A DNA stretch of 64,000 nucleotides from the IMG/VR virus record IMGVR_UViG_3300027603_000001, positions 1-64,000 of that record; one strand, given 5' to 3'. A program made the translations under genes and the position numbers. Below, piece by piece: positions 9,801-18,366 of the stretch. The stretch comes from a virus. Within the stretch, counting starts at the first letter, position 1; every line of letters begins with the position of its first letter. The notes below the pieces were generated by a model, which was not told where the DNA came from, searched no databases, and was given only the letters and a program-made list of their open reading frames with translations.

Positions 9801-11348
9801 GCTATCTGGCAACATGCTCGTGAGAATTACGTGGACAAAGGGGTAAACGTAGCTGAGGCGTTTCAATCTACCGCACGAGACTTGGGCATTACGCCGCAGC
9901 AAGTGAGAGAAGCGGTTGTCAACCAACCCAAAACCCAACGGATGACCGACGAGATGTACCGCCAGATGAGCGCGCGACGTGAAGCACGAGGTGCCGCTGA
10001 ATCATGGATACGCAGCCGTGATATGTCGCCGGTGTTCAAAGTGCTCAAGGGTTATAACGATACGATGTTCAACGTTGCGGTGGCGGGGCATGGCACAGTT
10101 GCGCCGGGTACTCATGCTGCTGGAAACATCTTTCATCCAACCCGCTGGGCCATCTATATGAAGAACGTAGCACGTACATGGGACTTCGCGTTCAGCCCTG
10201 CCGACCACGAACAGGCCATGCAGGATTTAGTCAACGATCCTAACCACACCATGTGGCGACGAGCTGCGCTGGCTGTTGACCCTGCCAAAAACTACGATGA
10301 ATACCAGAACCCGCAGATTGCCAAGATATTTGGCACGCTAGGCAAGATGGGTAATCGAGGCTTCGATGCTCTCAAGACCATGCGGCAGGATTTTGCTAAT
10401 GCTCGCTGGAACAAGTTATCCGAAGACCAACGCACTCTTGAGACGGCCCAAGAGATTGCTCGCATAGTTAACCATTCTACTGGTGCGGCCCCGGAGCTTC
10501 GGCTACCTGACCCGTACAATAAAGTGGTACGGGCAATCGCCTTTGCCGCGCCGCTAGAAGCGTCTCGCTGGGCACGGATTGTTGGTGATCCAGTGCGCAC
10601 GGTTAGTATTTATAGCAGGATGGCGGCAGGGCAAACTGTTACCGCCAGTGAACGTTACTTTGCCAAAGAGACAGTCAAAAACGTAGCGGGATTTGCGGCG
10701 ACCTACACCGCTGCACTGGCCTTGAATCAAGGCGTCCTCAGCGCATCAGGCAGTAAGGACAAGGTGAACTTCACCGATCCATCGAAGCCTGACTGGTTGC
10801 GATTCAAAGTGGCAGGACGGCCACTGGAATTCACGGGTGGAATTATTGCAACCATTGATTTCCTAGGCAAGTTGGCGTCTGCTCAATGGAAGCCTGATCG
10901 CGGTGAAACCCCTTATCAAACAATGTGGAAAGCGGGAGGTCAATACGTGCGTGGCAAGTTCTCACCGGGCTTTGGCACAGCGGTAGACGTAGCCACGCGC
11001 ACTGACTATTCAGGCCGACCAATGCCATTTTCATCGAACGAGGGCACGGCAGCTAAGCCTCGTCTTGGTTACGCTGAGTACATCGCTCAACGTGGCCCAA
11101 TCCCGGCATCCGAGGGTATCCGTGACTTTTATGATGAAATGCGAAAACAGGGCGTCCCGATGAGCACGGTAAACGAATTGATTCAAGCAGTGCGGACTCA
11201 TGTCAGCACCGCCGCAACGTCCACGGGCATTGGAGCATTCAGCGGTGCAACGGGACTGCGGGTAGGTAAAGAGTGGCAGGACAGAAGCAGCACCGTTCCA
11301 CCACGTCCCACTACCGCCCCACAAACCGCTGTGCCACCGCGACCATGA
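6825..11348 (+). CDS. giant internal virion / DNA-ejection protein candidate
   Basis: 1507-aa uninterrupted ORF that starts 2 nt after the upstream stop. Its size and position resemble T7 gp16-class proteins. I recognised no catalytic motif. Confidence 0.85.
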   Translation: MPQEPLSISDFAAKIKAKYPDYASIDDETLAQKIITKYPEYESNLSSDDVTHLTEKRVQDAAAAFDDINGRYLAAGRSLSSRLQGGAQSTFGSVPARQQPSPTSTQSSSLKGGAATIFDRVPTVPSRQPQGGVQQLRNKFASTSADQQAIETNLRNSSPVTRTVLETLLQGAAGITEAAAGSLDLLRSIAPSGPLPAQMQAAVQQMQGAAANMRGGEETSKAEHPEISKLVRAGQSIAGGAIEFAPLALAPELEIPAALAGAASFGGYSALQASGRGESAGQVARTGATQAVLGAAMGMPSKLLPFESSLARSGAKLSVVSPAAYTMTLANGGSQEDALHAAVLFPLMAVPGEVASFVKAQRAPKYIHDDFGTVTEAADQSSVPTNKVRVTDETGDTHVIIKPSTVRNQRAIPLREGWEVLNPDEVAQGAKPKVGYRPKGVQANAEEVRSNQGQAGIQGGVSETGQDLSGQDLQQPAETGAGSGNAQEQVGTVPQRVTSTTATSVPSEQPPTAAQPATAETTAPAPPQAVEIPAAVATHVQKIQQATETGNTESLNKLLDEAGITNADLAVAAAKGQSHAATIPLREEAAQVLPSRQGQDVANAVTIPARDSTVAGTSATEQPVTATASTTVPDRTGIAQRVEEARRQALGAESPTTGAARTPEELVNRGRQLLANGVDPAAAITKFSETGAVSADDMALVRAQHEQLTRVANQAADAHGTDSKQFKDAEAARTAFWDSAQPMRTAWGETGRAQQGETAIDSGTFYGLYRAFKDVNGREMTAGEAAQAKDLVQRVSKTDTGSEGTSRALAAELDKAHGLSDLYPDVRAAVQRFVDQSARESRAAGRRQVKKSLDDEAAVLKSNIAAEFARLRSQQGGVLSAGGLGNLDPEGVITKNIINLAKNRVKAGVTDIAQLVDEVHAAVKDFADISRRQVAEVIAGLSGPTVPLRPQSDWMAAKGGVREQLKAEDAAQAFADLKARIAGGTITPTDAKAIWQHARENYVDKGVNVAEAFQSTARDLGITPQQVREAVVNQPKTQRMTDEMYRQMSARREARGAAESWIRSRDMSPVFKVLKGYNDTMFNVAVAGHGTVAPGTHAAGNIFHPTRWAIYMKNVARTWDFAFSPADHEQAMQDLVNDPNHTMWRRAALAVDPAKNYDEYQNPQIAKIFGTLGKMGNRGFDALKTMRQDFANARWNKLSEDQRTLETAQEIARIVNHSTGAAPELRLPDPYNKVVRAIAFAAPLEASRWARIVGDPVRTVSIYSRMAAGQTVTASERYFAKETVKNVAGFAATYTAALALNQGVLSASGSKDKVNFTDPSKPDWLRFKVAGRPLEFTGGIIATIDFLGKLASAQWKPDRGETPYQTMWKAGGQYVRGKFSPGFGTAVDVATRTDYSGRPMPFSSNEGTAAKPRLGYAEYIAQRGPIPASEGIRDFYDEMRKQGVPMSTVNELIQAVRTHVSTAATSTGIGAFSGATGLRVGKEWQDRSSTVPPRPTTAPQTAVPPRP

Positions 11349-13687
11349 GTGATAGATTGAGAACGTTTATGAAGCGATTGTTAATCATTGCTGTATTGCT
11401 GCTGATGGCTACGGTTGTTACCACTGCCCAGCATCGAGTTAAGGTACAGGGAATTGCGGAACGGGGCGGGGTGAAGGTTGTCACGCAGGGAATGTCATCG
11501 GTTACAAAGGTGACACAAACTTTTCCGGGAAGTACCGTTACTATTTATGACCACGGAACTACAAATCTTTCAAGCTTGTGCTCTGATAACGCTGTCCCAT
11601 GCGCTGTGCTTAGCAATCCTTTGACCGCGAACGTTACCGATGCAAGTTATAGTTTCTATGTTAACGCGGGATCGTATGACTTAAGGTTCAGCGGGCTAGG
11701 TATCGCTAACGCATTTACCCTTAGTGATGTCAATGCCAGCATGGCGTTTCACGTAATCATCGGCAGTCCCAACGCCCCATGCAACCCTGGTGATATGTTT
11801 TATGACCCCGCAGGCTCAGCCACCAACACCACCGCCTGCGCAAAGTATTACGGTTGCACTAGCACGAATAACCCCAGTGAGATACCAACTGCATGTTCTC
11901 AGTTCAGCCCTGCCAACATTGCACCGGGAGTCTTTAACCTACTCTCCTATGGAGCAAAGTGTGATGGAGTAACAGCAGATGATACTGCGTTGGCCCAAGC
12001 GTTGGCGGCGATTGGGTCAAATAAAGCTGCGATCCTGATGCCTTACACCGCTACCGGGAAATGTCTCTTAGCAAACACCGCCACCATCGGGACAAATATC
12101 ACGGTGGATCACTTGCAGGGGGCGGCGTGGTTGCTCACCGACACCAAGACATTGACTGAACCGAATATCCTTGCCACGTCTACCCAGCAGATTTGCTACA
12201 ACTGCACAGCAGGACATGGAACGCTGGTGACGAGCACTTCTCCAATTAGTCCGCTTTGGTGGGGTAGTGATACGCCTGCGTTTCAAGCAGCTATTACCGC
12301 TGCGATTTCCAGCGCAAGAGGCAGAACGATTCTTGTCCCTGCGGGAACTTACACTGTTACTGCGAGCATGTCAATTCAAGGGGTGATGGGGATTAAGTTT
12401 ATAGGCTCCGGCTACCAAACAATTTTCCAATGGGCTGGTAATAACTCGACGCCAATGTTCAATCTTGGCAGCGTGGCAAATTCCGAATTCTCAAACTTCA
12501 AGATTCTCGCTGCCGCCGCTACGCCACTTGCTGAAGCTTTCAGAATTGAGAATAGCGGGGTGGCCGTTGCTCCTACCCAGAACCATTTTCACGATTTATT
12601 CATTGAGGGATTTGATAGCGGAGTAGGTATTGGGTTCCGGGGAAAAGTTGGAGCAGGGGGCGATGCTAACAACGATTTTATGTTGTTTACCAATGTGCGC
12701 GTATCTAACTACTCCAACTCTGCATGGACAATGGAAGGCAGTCAGGAGCATGGCTGGAAGATGGTCAACTGCTCAGCTTTTGCAGCCAGTGGGATCGGAA
12801 AATACGCAGTAGCAGGCGGAGGGTCAAATGGAGCACTCGCTAACTTCTTTTGGGACGGGGGATTTGTCGGACAAAATACAGTGTCTGATTTCTTTCTTGG
12901 CACCTCACCTGTGCTTACCTTGCCGACTGAGATTGCCAACGTAAGCTCTGAATTGAGTAATCGGTTTTTGATCACAGCGGCATTAGGGATAGTAAATAGG
13001 GCCACTTTGCGAAATGTGAGGTTTGCCCCTAACGCTCTTAACGCTGATGGGCAGGCTGTACAACTACACGCCGCAGGGCCGTGGGTGTTCGTTAACTGTG
13101 GGTTTGGTGATGGGCTGGGCGTTACTGATGTAAAGATATTTTGGGAGAGCTACCAGAACACTCAGGAACCATCGCTTGCATTCATTGACTCAACGATTGA
13201 TGGAACTGAGACGACTCTAGCGGGAGCATTCCCCGGTCGCGTACCTACGTTTATGAGCGGGTCGATGCTGTCGGTTAGTCAGTTAGTTGTTCTCAGTTTG
13301 GATACGCTCGCGCTCAATGGTGGAAACGGATCGTCCGGTGCGTTTAAGTCGCTCACAGAGTTAACCACGATTGCCGCAGCAGCAACCACCGACACAGCGA
13401 TTCAAATTCCCGCCAATGCGATTGTTATGAGCGTCAGCGTCCGGGTCACGACCGCGATCCCGACAGCGGCAAGTTTCACAGTTACCGGGACGAGTAGTGC
13501 CACAGTCTTTAATACGGCAGCAGTGAATACGGGTTCACCAACTCTTGATGCGGGAACCAAGTCATGTCCGTTCTATAATGCCACAGCGCAAACGATTCGT
13601 TTCACGCCAAACGTTCAGCCTGCCGCTAATACAGGGAGAGTCCGAGTAGTTTTGGTATATTACCTTTCGGTTCCCCCGGCACAATAA
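11345..13687 (+). CDS. tailspike/depolymerase with pectate-lyase-like beta-helix, N-terminal signal-peptide-like segment
   Basis: ATG at 11345 overlaps the upstream TGA (ATGA). NLLSYGAKCDGVTADDTALAQALAA is the classic Pectate_lyase_3 tailspike motif. The N-terminus is MKRLLIIAVLLLMATVVTTAQ. Confidence 0.85.
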   Translation: MSDRLRTFMKRLLIIAVLLLMATVVTTAQHRVKVQGIAERGGVKVVTQGMSSVTKVTQTFPGSTVTIYDHGTTNLSSLCSDNAVPCAVLSNPLTANVTDASYSFYVNAGSYDLRFSGLGIANAFTLSDVNASMAFHVIIGSPNAPCNPGDMFYDPAGSATNTTACAKYYGCTSTNNPSEIPTACSQFSPANIAPGVFNLLSYGAKCDGVTADDTALAQALAAIGSNKAAILMPYTATGKCLLANTATIGTNITVDHLQGAAWLLTDTKTLTEPNILATSTQQICYNCTAGHGTLVTSTSPISPLWWGSDTPAFQAAITAAISSARGRTILVPAGTYTVTASMSIQGVMGIKFIGSGYQTIFQWAGNNSTPMFNLGSVANSEFSNFKILAAAATPLAEAFRIENSGVAVAPTQNHFHDLFIEGFDSGVGIGFRGKVGAGGDANNDFMLFTNVRVSNYSNSAWTMEGSQEHGWKMVNCSAFAASGIGKYAVAGGGSNGALANFFWDGGFVGQNTVSDFFLGTSPVLTLPTEIANVSSELSNRFLITAALGIVNRATLRNVRFAPNALNADGQAVQLHAAGPWVFVNCGFGDGLGVTDVKIFWESYQNTQEPSLAFIDSTIDGTETTLAGAFPGRVPTFMSGSMLSVSQLVVLSLDTLALNGGNGSSGAFKSLTELTTIAAAATTDTAIQIPANAIVMSVSVRVTTAIPTAASFTVTGTSSATVFNTAAVNTGSPTLDAGTKSCPFYNATAQTIRFTPNVQPAANTGRVRVVLVYYLSVPPAQ

Positions 13688-16600
13688 TGAAACGCTTCGC
13701 AACCATCACGGCGCTAATACTCGCTCTTGTGGCGGCGGCTCACGCACAGAGCGCTCAGTGCAACTGGTATGTATCGCCTACAGCCTCGGCGTCAGGTGAC
13801 GGAAGTTTTGGAAATCCTTGGCAGCTCATTACGATTTGGCATGGCGACCCAAACTTTGGTGGAGTTGCGCCGCCAGCTTCTATTCATGCAGGTGACACCG
13901 TTTGCTTGCGCGGGGGAACTTATCTAGGCAGCTATCAGTCAATTCTCTTAGGCACGTCTTCCGCTCAGATCACCGTCAAGTCCTATCCGAGCGAGCGCGC
14001 GGTTATCGACCCTGGCAGCATCTCGATCAATGGTGGCTACATGACGGTGCGGGACATTGAACTCTTCAATTCCAACACCTTCCGCACTGACTACCGGACA
14101 GGAGGATTTTTTGATTCTGCGCTGGGCACCCAACTCATTAACAACATTATTCATGATGGTGGAGTAGGCATCGCTTCATCGGCCTCAGGGTCTAACGCCT
14201 TATATTATGGCAACATCATCTACAACGTCGGCTGGGATGACCGATTAACAGGCCACATGCAAGGAGGCACCGGCCCGTGTACCTACTTACAAAACCAGAC
14301 CGGTTACAAGCGGTTCTATAACAATATCTGTGCAACAGGGTTTGGGTTGGGTTTCTCTGCTTACACGGCAGGCAACGCCGCAGTGACGGGATTCGATGTT
14401 CAAAACAATATCAGTTATAACTTCGGCTACTGGACTCGCTATCACGATTCTTCTTACGCCACAGAAGGACGCGCTCAAGACAATCTCTTGTTTGGTTCGT
14501 CCAGCGGCGCTCAGTTAGCGAGCTTGATCGTCTCCGGCAACATCAGCTATCATCGTGAACAACGTGGGGCGGATAACCTGACGATTGGTTATGGTGGCGC
14601 AGAGAACATCAGCGCAACGGTTACAAACAACACTTCCATCGGTGGAGACGTGGTGTTGTCAAAGTTCGAGACGCTGAACGCTTCGAGCAACAAGATCATT
14701 TCAAACTTTGAGCCCATGACCCATCGGCCTCCGGTCACGCCAGTTTCGGAGGTGATAAACAACAACACCTACTACTATTATGGAAATAATGGGAATTGCA
14801 ACGCGAACTACCTCTCAAACGATTTGGGCCAGACTTACCTCACGGTGGCTCAGTGGAAGGCGTTGGGTTACGACGCTAGTTCAACTTTCAATCCGTGCAA
14901 CACTCGACCTCCACTAACAGTCACGATAACTCCTAATGCCTATGACACAAACCGTGCGCATGTAGCCGTTCAGAATTCATCCAGCGCTCCTACGGTGAGT
15001 CTCAACCTTAGTTCATTCCTGAGCAATGGCGACACCTTTCAGTTGATGAATGCTCAAGACCCAAAAGGGCCACCAGCAGCGAGCGGAACGTACAACGGCC
15101 CGGTCTCGGTTAACATGATGGCCTGCACGGTAGCAACTCCCATAGGCTACGACGCGACCTCAATGACTCCGATGAGTCTCATGACGAGCTGCCCACAGTT
15201 CGCGGCTTTTCTATTGCTGCGTAATAGTGGTGCGCCGGTCACTCAGCCGCTGACTATGCCGCCTACGGGCGTCACAGTGCTGGCAAGTAATAATCAAGTC
15301 CAACTGAACTGGAATACGCTGACCGGAGCCACCAGCTATAAGGTGAAGCGAGGCACGGCGACAGGGGTGTACACCACCACTTTCACCACGACCTCAACCA
15401 GCTATCTTGATGTCTCAGCGGTCAATGGGACGCCGTACTTCTACGTCATCGCAGGAACGAACTCCGTTGGCGATTCGCCTAACTCAAGTGAGGTCACGGC
15501 AACGCCAACAAGCGGGGTTCCGGCTGCGCCAACGAATCTGGTTATCACGAATACGAGTAACCCAGCGGCGATCACGACCACGGACAGCTTCACCGCAACC
15601 GATGGCACTGACTTGAGAAATCATGTCGGGGAATTGGGAGCGATTTGGACTCAGCCAAGTTACTCAAACAGTCCACAGAACTTTATCTACGGCAACAAGG
15701 TCACGCACGGAACAGCCATCTTCAGAAACGGCTACTACTCGTCAGGCTCACCCGCGACGAACAGTTACGTCAAAGCCACCTTCACAGTGTTGAGCGCGGT
15801 AGGGGCGGCCAATTTAGCCGGCCGGCTCGATCCCGTCACAGAGAATTATTACTACGGTGGGTATGACTTCTCCACGGGGAGTTGGAGTATCTACTCTAAC
15901 CTGAACGGTGTGACTTCCCAACTTACTTCGTGCTCTGAAACTCTCGTAGCGGGCAACACCCGTGCAGTAGAACTGGACACTGTTGGCAACACTATAACGT
16001 TGAAGGTGGCTGGGGCGATATGCGGGCAACCAGTGACGAATGCTGACCATCCCGCTGCAGGTAAAGCTGGGATCATAATGAGTGGTGCGACCTCCTCGAC
16101 CACGGGGATCGCTATCTCGAACTTTGAAGCGGGATCGTTGGCATCGTCTTCCACTACCGCGACCTATCAGGACAACAGTAATAACGAATCGGGCTTTTCG
16201 TTGCTTCGTGGAGTCGGAGCGTCGCCATCGTCTTACGTCCAGGTAGCTAGTGGAGCGGCAAACGTCACGAGTCTAGTTGACTCAACAGCGAATTCAGGGA
16301 CTACCTATTCGTACTATGTGGTTGCATTTAACGCATCAGGAAATTCTCAGCAGTCTAACGTTGTGGTGGTAAATCCCACGCTACCGCCGACACCAACAAA
16401 TCTGAGCACAGCGGTCATCAGCACGACGCAGATTAACCTGTCGTGGACAAGTAGTGTAGGTAGCTATAGCGTGGAGCAGTGTCAGGGTGTGTCATGCGTC
16501 AACTTCGTGGTCATTGGTACGCCAGCGGTAGCCTCGCTGAACGTCACAGGGTTGACGCCTAACACTCCTTACTCGTTTCGGGTGCGGGCGGTGAATGGGA

Positions 16601-18357
16601 GCGGTTTTAGTTCGTACTCGAATGTTGCGTCGAACACCACCAGTGCCACGCCTACGCCCTCAGCACCTACCACTCCCGTAGCTACTGCCGGTGACGCACG
16701 GGTAAGTCTCACTTGGGACGCGATGGCGAATACCGTCAACTACAAGGTGTTTCGGCGTGTGGTAGCGGGGAGCTACAACTTCAATGCGCCATTAGCCTCA
16801 CCAGCAACCAACTCTTACCTTGACCTGACCGCAGCAAACGGCACGCAATACTTCTATGTGATTCGCGGGACTAATGCTTCTGGTGATTCAGCGAGTTCCA
16901 GTGAGGTCAATGCTACCCCTGTGGCCCCAATCGTCGTTCCTGCGGCCCCTGTGCTCTCAGACACCTTTGGGGATACCCAGGCCGTGCTGAACTGGCCAGT
17001 GGTCGCCACAGCGACGGGTTATAAGGTCTACAAATCAGTCACCAGCGGGGTCTATGGGGTACCACTGGCGACTCCAACTTCAAATACCTACACGGCGGTA
17101 GGTCTAACCAACGGCACACCATATTTCTTTATCGTGAAGGCCACCAACACGGCGGGGGATAGTGTAGCGTCGAATGAGATCACCGGCACCTCCGCGACTG
17201 TGCCCATTGCACCTACTGGAGTTGCCACCGTTTCAATCAGCGGGCAGGTGACAGTGAGTTGGAACGCCTCTGCCGGGGCAACGTCATATAAACTGTTTCG
17301 CGCCACTACATCAGGTGGGTATAACTTTGCTGCGCCACTCGTCACTCAAGCGGGCTTAACTTACCCTGACGCCACCGCAGCCAATGGCACGATTTACTTC
17401 TACGTCGTGAGGGCGGTAAATGCACAGGGCGATTCGTTGTCATCACTGGAAGTCACCGGCAACCCTCCCGGCACGGTGACTGCACCCTCAAGTTTAGCAA
17501 CGGGAGCCGTCACCGAAAACTCTATCGTCCTAAATTGGGCCAACGGAGTTTCGTATGACGAGGTGCATGTTGAGGCTTGCAGTGGAGCGGGATGCACTGT
17601 GTTTGCGGAGATTTATAACCTTGGACTGGTAACGACCAAAACGGATACGGGCCTAACTTCCTCAACCTCACGGTCATATCGTGTGCGGGGAAAGCTGGGC
17701 GGCGTGTTCAGCAACTACTCCAACACGGTCACAGCGGTAACAACCGTTAGCACGCCTACCACTTTGGTAGCAACGGCGAATGGGCCAAATGAAATCCTTC
17801 TTACTTGGCTACCAAATGGCCCTGCGCAACCAATACAAACCACAACCTGCATAGAGAGGCGCTTAACCATTGGCGGCACCTTTGCCCAACTGGTTTGCAG
17901 TGGCAGCATATTAAGCACGTTTGCGGATGACAGTGTTCTTGCCTCTACGGACTATACTTATAGAATTCAAAACCTTGATGCCAACGGGCCAGGAGCCTAT
18001 AGCAACACAGCCAACGCCGTTACTACATCACTGGGAGTTACCATACCAGGAACGCCATTCAATCTAAGCTGTGCGCGTAACTCGTCAACGTCAATTACCT
18101 GTGGCTGGACGTTGGCAAATCCCCGCAGCGAGACTTCCGTGGTACTGGAAAAGAGTACTGACGGAACAACGTGGACAAACGTGGTGAACACGTCGGCGGG
18201 AGTGCAGAGCTACGTCATTATAAACATGCAAATTAAGACCTTGTTTTATTTCCGAGTTCGGGCTGTGAACGGAACAGGGCCAAGCGGAAACTCAAACATC
18301 GGCTCTGCCGTAACCACGCTGATCTGCGACTGGGCCACTCCGGGGCGGTGTCGCTGA
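13687..18357 (+). CDS. giant beta-helix + FN3-array tail fibre/depolymerase-like protein
   Basis: 1556 aa. N-terminus MKRFATITALILALVAAAHAQ. Right-handed beta-helix signature (GDGSFGNPW..IHAGDTVCLRGGTY, IHDGGVGIAS). About nine FN3-like modules occupy nt ~15260-18320, e.g. four units of the type SYKV.R...G.Y...YFYV..A.N..GDS..S.EV. Confidence 0.9.
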   Translation: MKRFATITALILALVAAAHAQSAQCNWYVSPTASASGDGSFGNPWQLITIWHGDPNFGGVAPPASIHAGDTVCLRGGTYLGSYQSILLGTSSAQITVKSYPSERAVIDPGSISINGGYMTVRDIELFNSNTFRTDYRTGGFFDSALGTQLINNIIHDGGVGIASSASGSNALYYGNIIYNVGWDDRLTGHMQGGTGPCTYLQNQTGYKRFYNNICATGFGLGFSAYTAGNAAVTGFDVQNNISYNFGYWTRYHDSSYATEGRAQDNLLFGSSSGAQLASLIVSGNISYHREQRGADNLTIGYGGAENISATVTNNTSIGGDVVLSKFETLNASSNKIISNFEPMTHRPPVTPVSEVINNNTYYYYGNNGNCNANYLSNDLGQTYLTVAQWKALGYDASSTFNPCNTRPPLTVTITPNAYDTNRAHVAVQNSSSAPTVSLNLSSFLSNGDTFQLMNAQDPKGPPAASGTYNGPVSVNMMACTVATPIGYDATSMTPMSLMTSCPQFAAFLLLRNSGAPVTQPLTMPPTGVTVLASNNQVQLNWNTLTGATSYKVKRGTATGVYTTTFTTTSTSYLDVSAVNGTPYFYVIAGTNSVGDSPNSSEVTATPTSGVPAAPTNLVITNTSNPAAITTTDSFTATDGTDLRNHVGELGAIWTQPSYSNSPQNFIYGNKVTHGTAIFRNGYYSSGSPATNSYVKATFTVLSAVGAANLAGRLDPVTENYYYGGYDFSTGSWSIYSNLNGVTSQLTSCSETLVAGNTRAVELDTVGNTITLKVAGAICGQPVTNADHPAAGKAGIIMSGATSSTTGIAISNFEAGSLASSSTTATYQDNSNNESGFSLLRGVGASPSSYVQVASGAANVTSLVDSTANSGTTYSYYVVAFNASGNSQQSNVVVVNPTLPPTPTNLSTAVISTTQINLSWTSSVGSYSVEQCQGVSCVNFVVIGTPAVASLNVTGLTPNTPYSFRVRAVNGSGFSSYSNVASNTTSATPTPSAPTTPVATAGDARVSLTWDAMANTVNYKVFRRVVAGSYNFNAPLASPATNSYLDLTAANGTQYFYVIRGTNASGDSASSSEVNATPVAPIVVPAAPVLSDTFGDTQAVLNWPVVATATGYKVYKSVTSGVYGVPLATPTSNTYTAVGLTNGTPYFFIVKATNTAGDSVASNEITGTSATVPIAPTGVATVSISGQVTVSWNASAGATSYKLFRATTSGGYNFAAPLVTQAGLTYPDATAANGTIYFYVVRAVNAQGDSLSSLEVTGNPPGTVTAPSSLATGAVTENSIVLNWANGVSYDEVHVEACSGAGCTVFAEIYNLGLVTTKTDTGLTSSTSRSYRVRGKLGGVFSNYSNTVTAVTTVSTPTTLVATANGPNEILLTWLPNGPAQPIQTTTCIERRLTIGGTFAQLVCSGSILSTFADDSVLASTDYTYRIQNLDANGPGAYSNTANAVTTSLGVTIPGTPFNLSCARNSSTSITCGWTLANPRSETSVVLEKSTDGTTWTNVVNTSAGVQSYVIINMQIKTLFYFRVRAVNGTGPSGNSNIGSAVTTLICDWATPGRCR

Positions 18358-18366
18358 GGTTAAACT

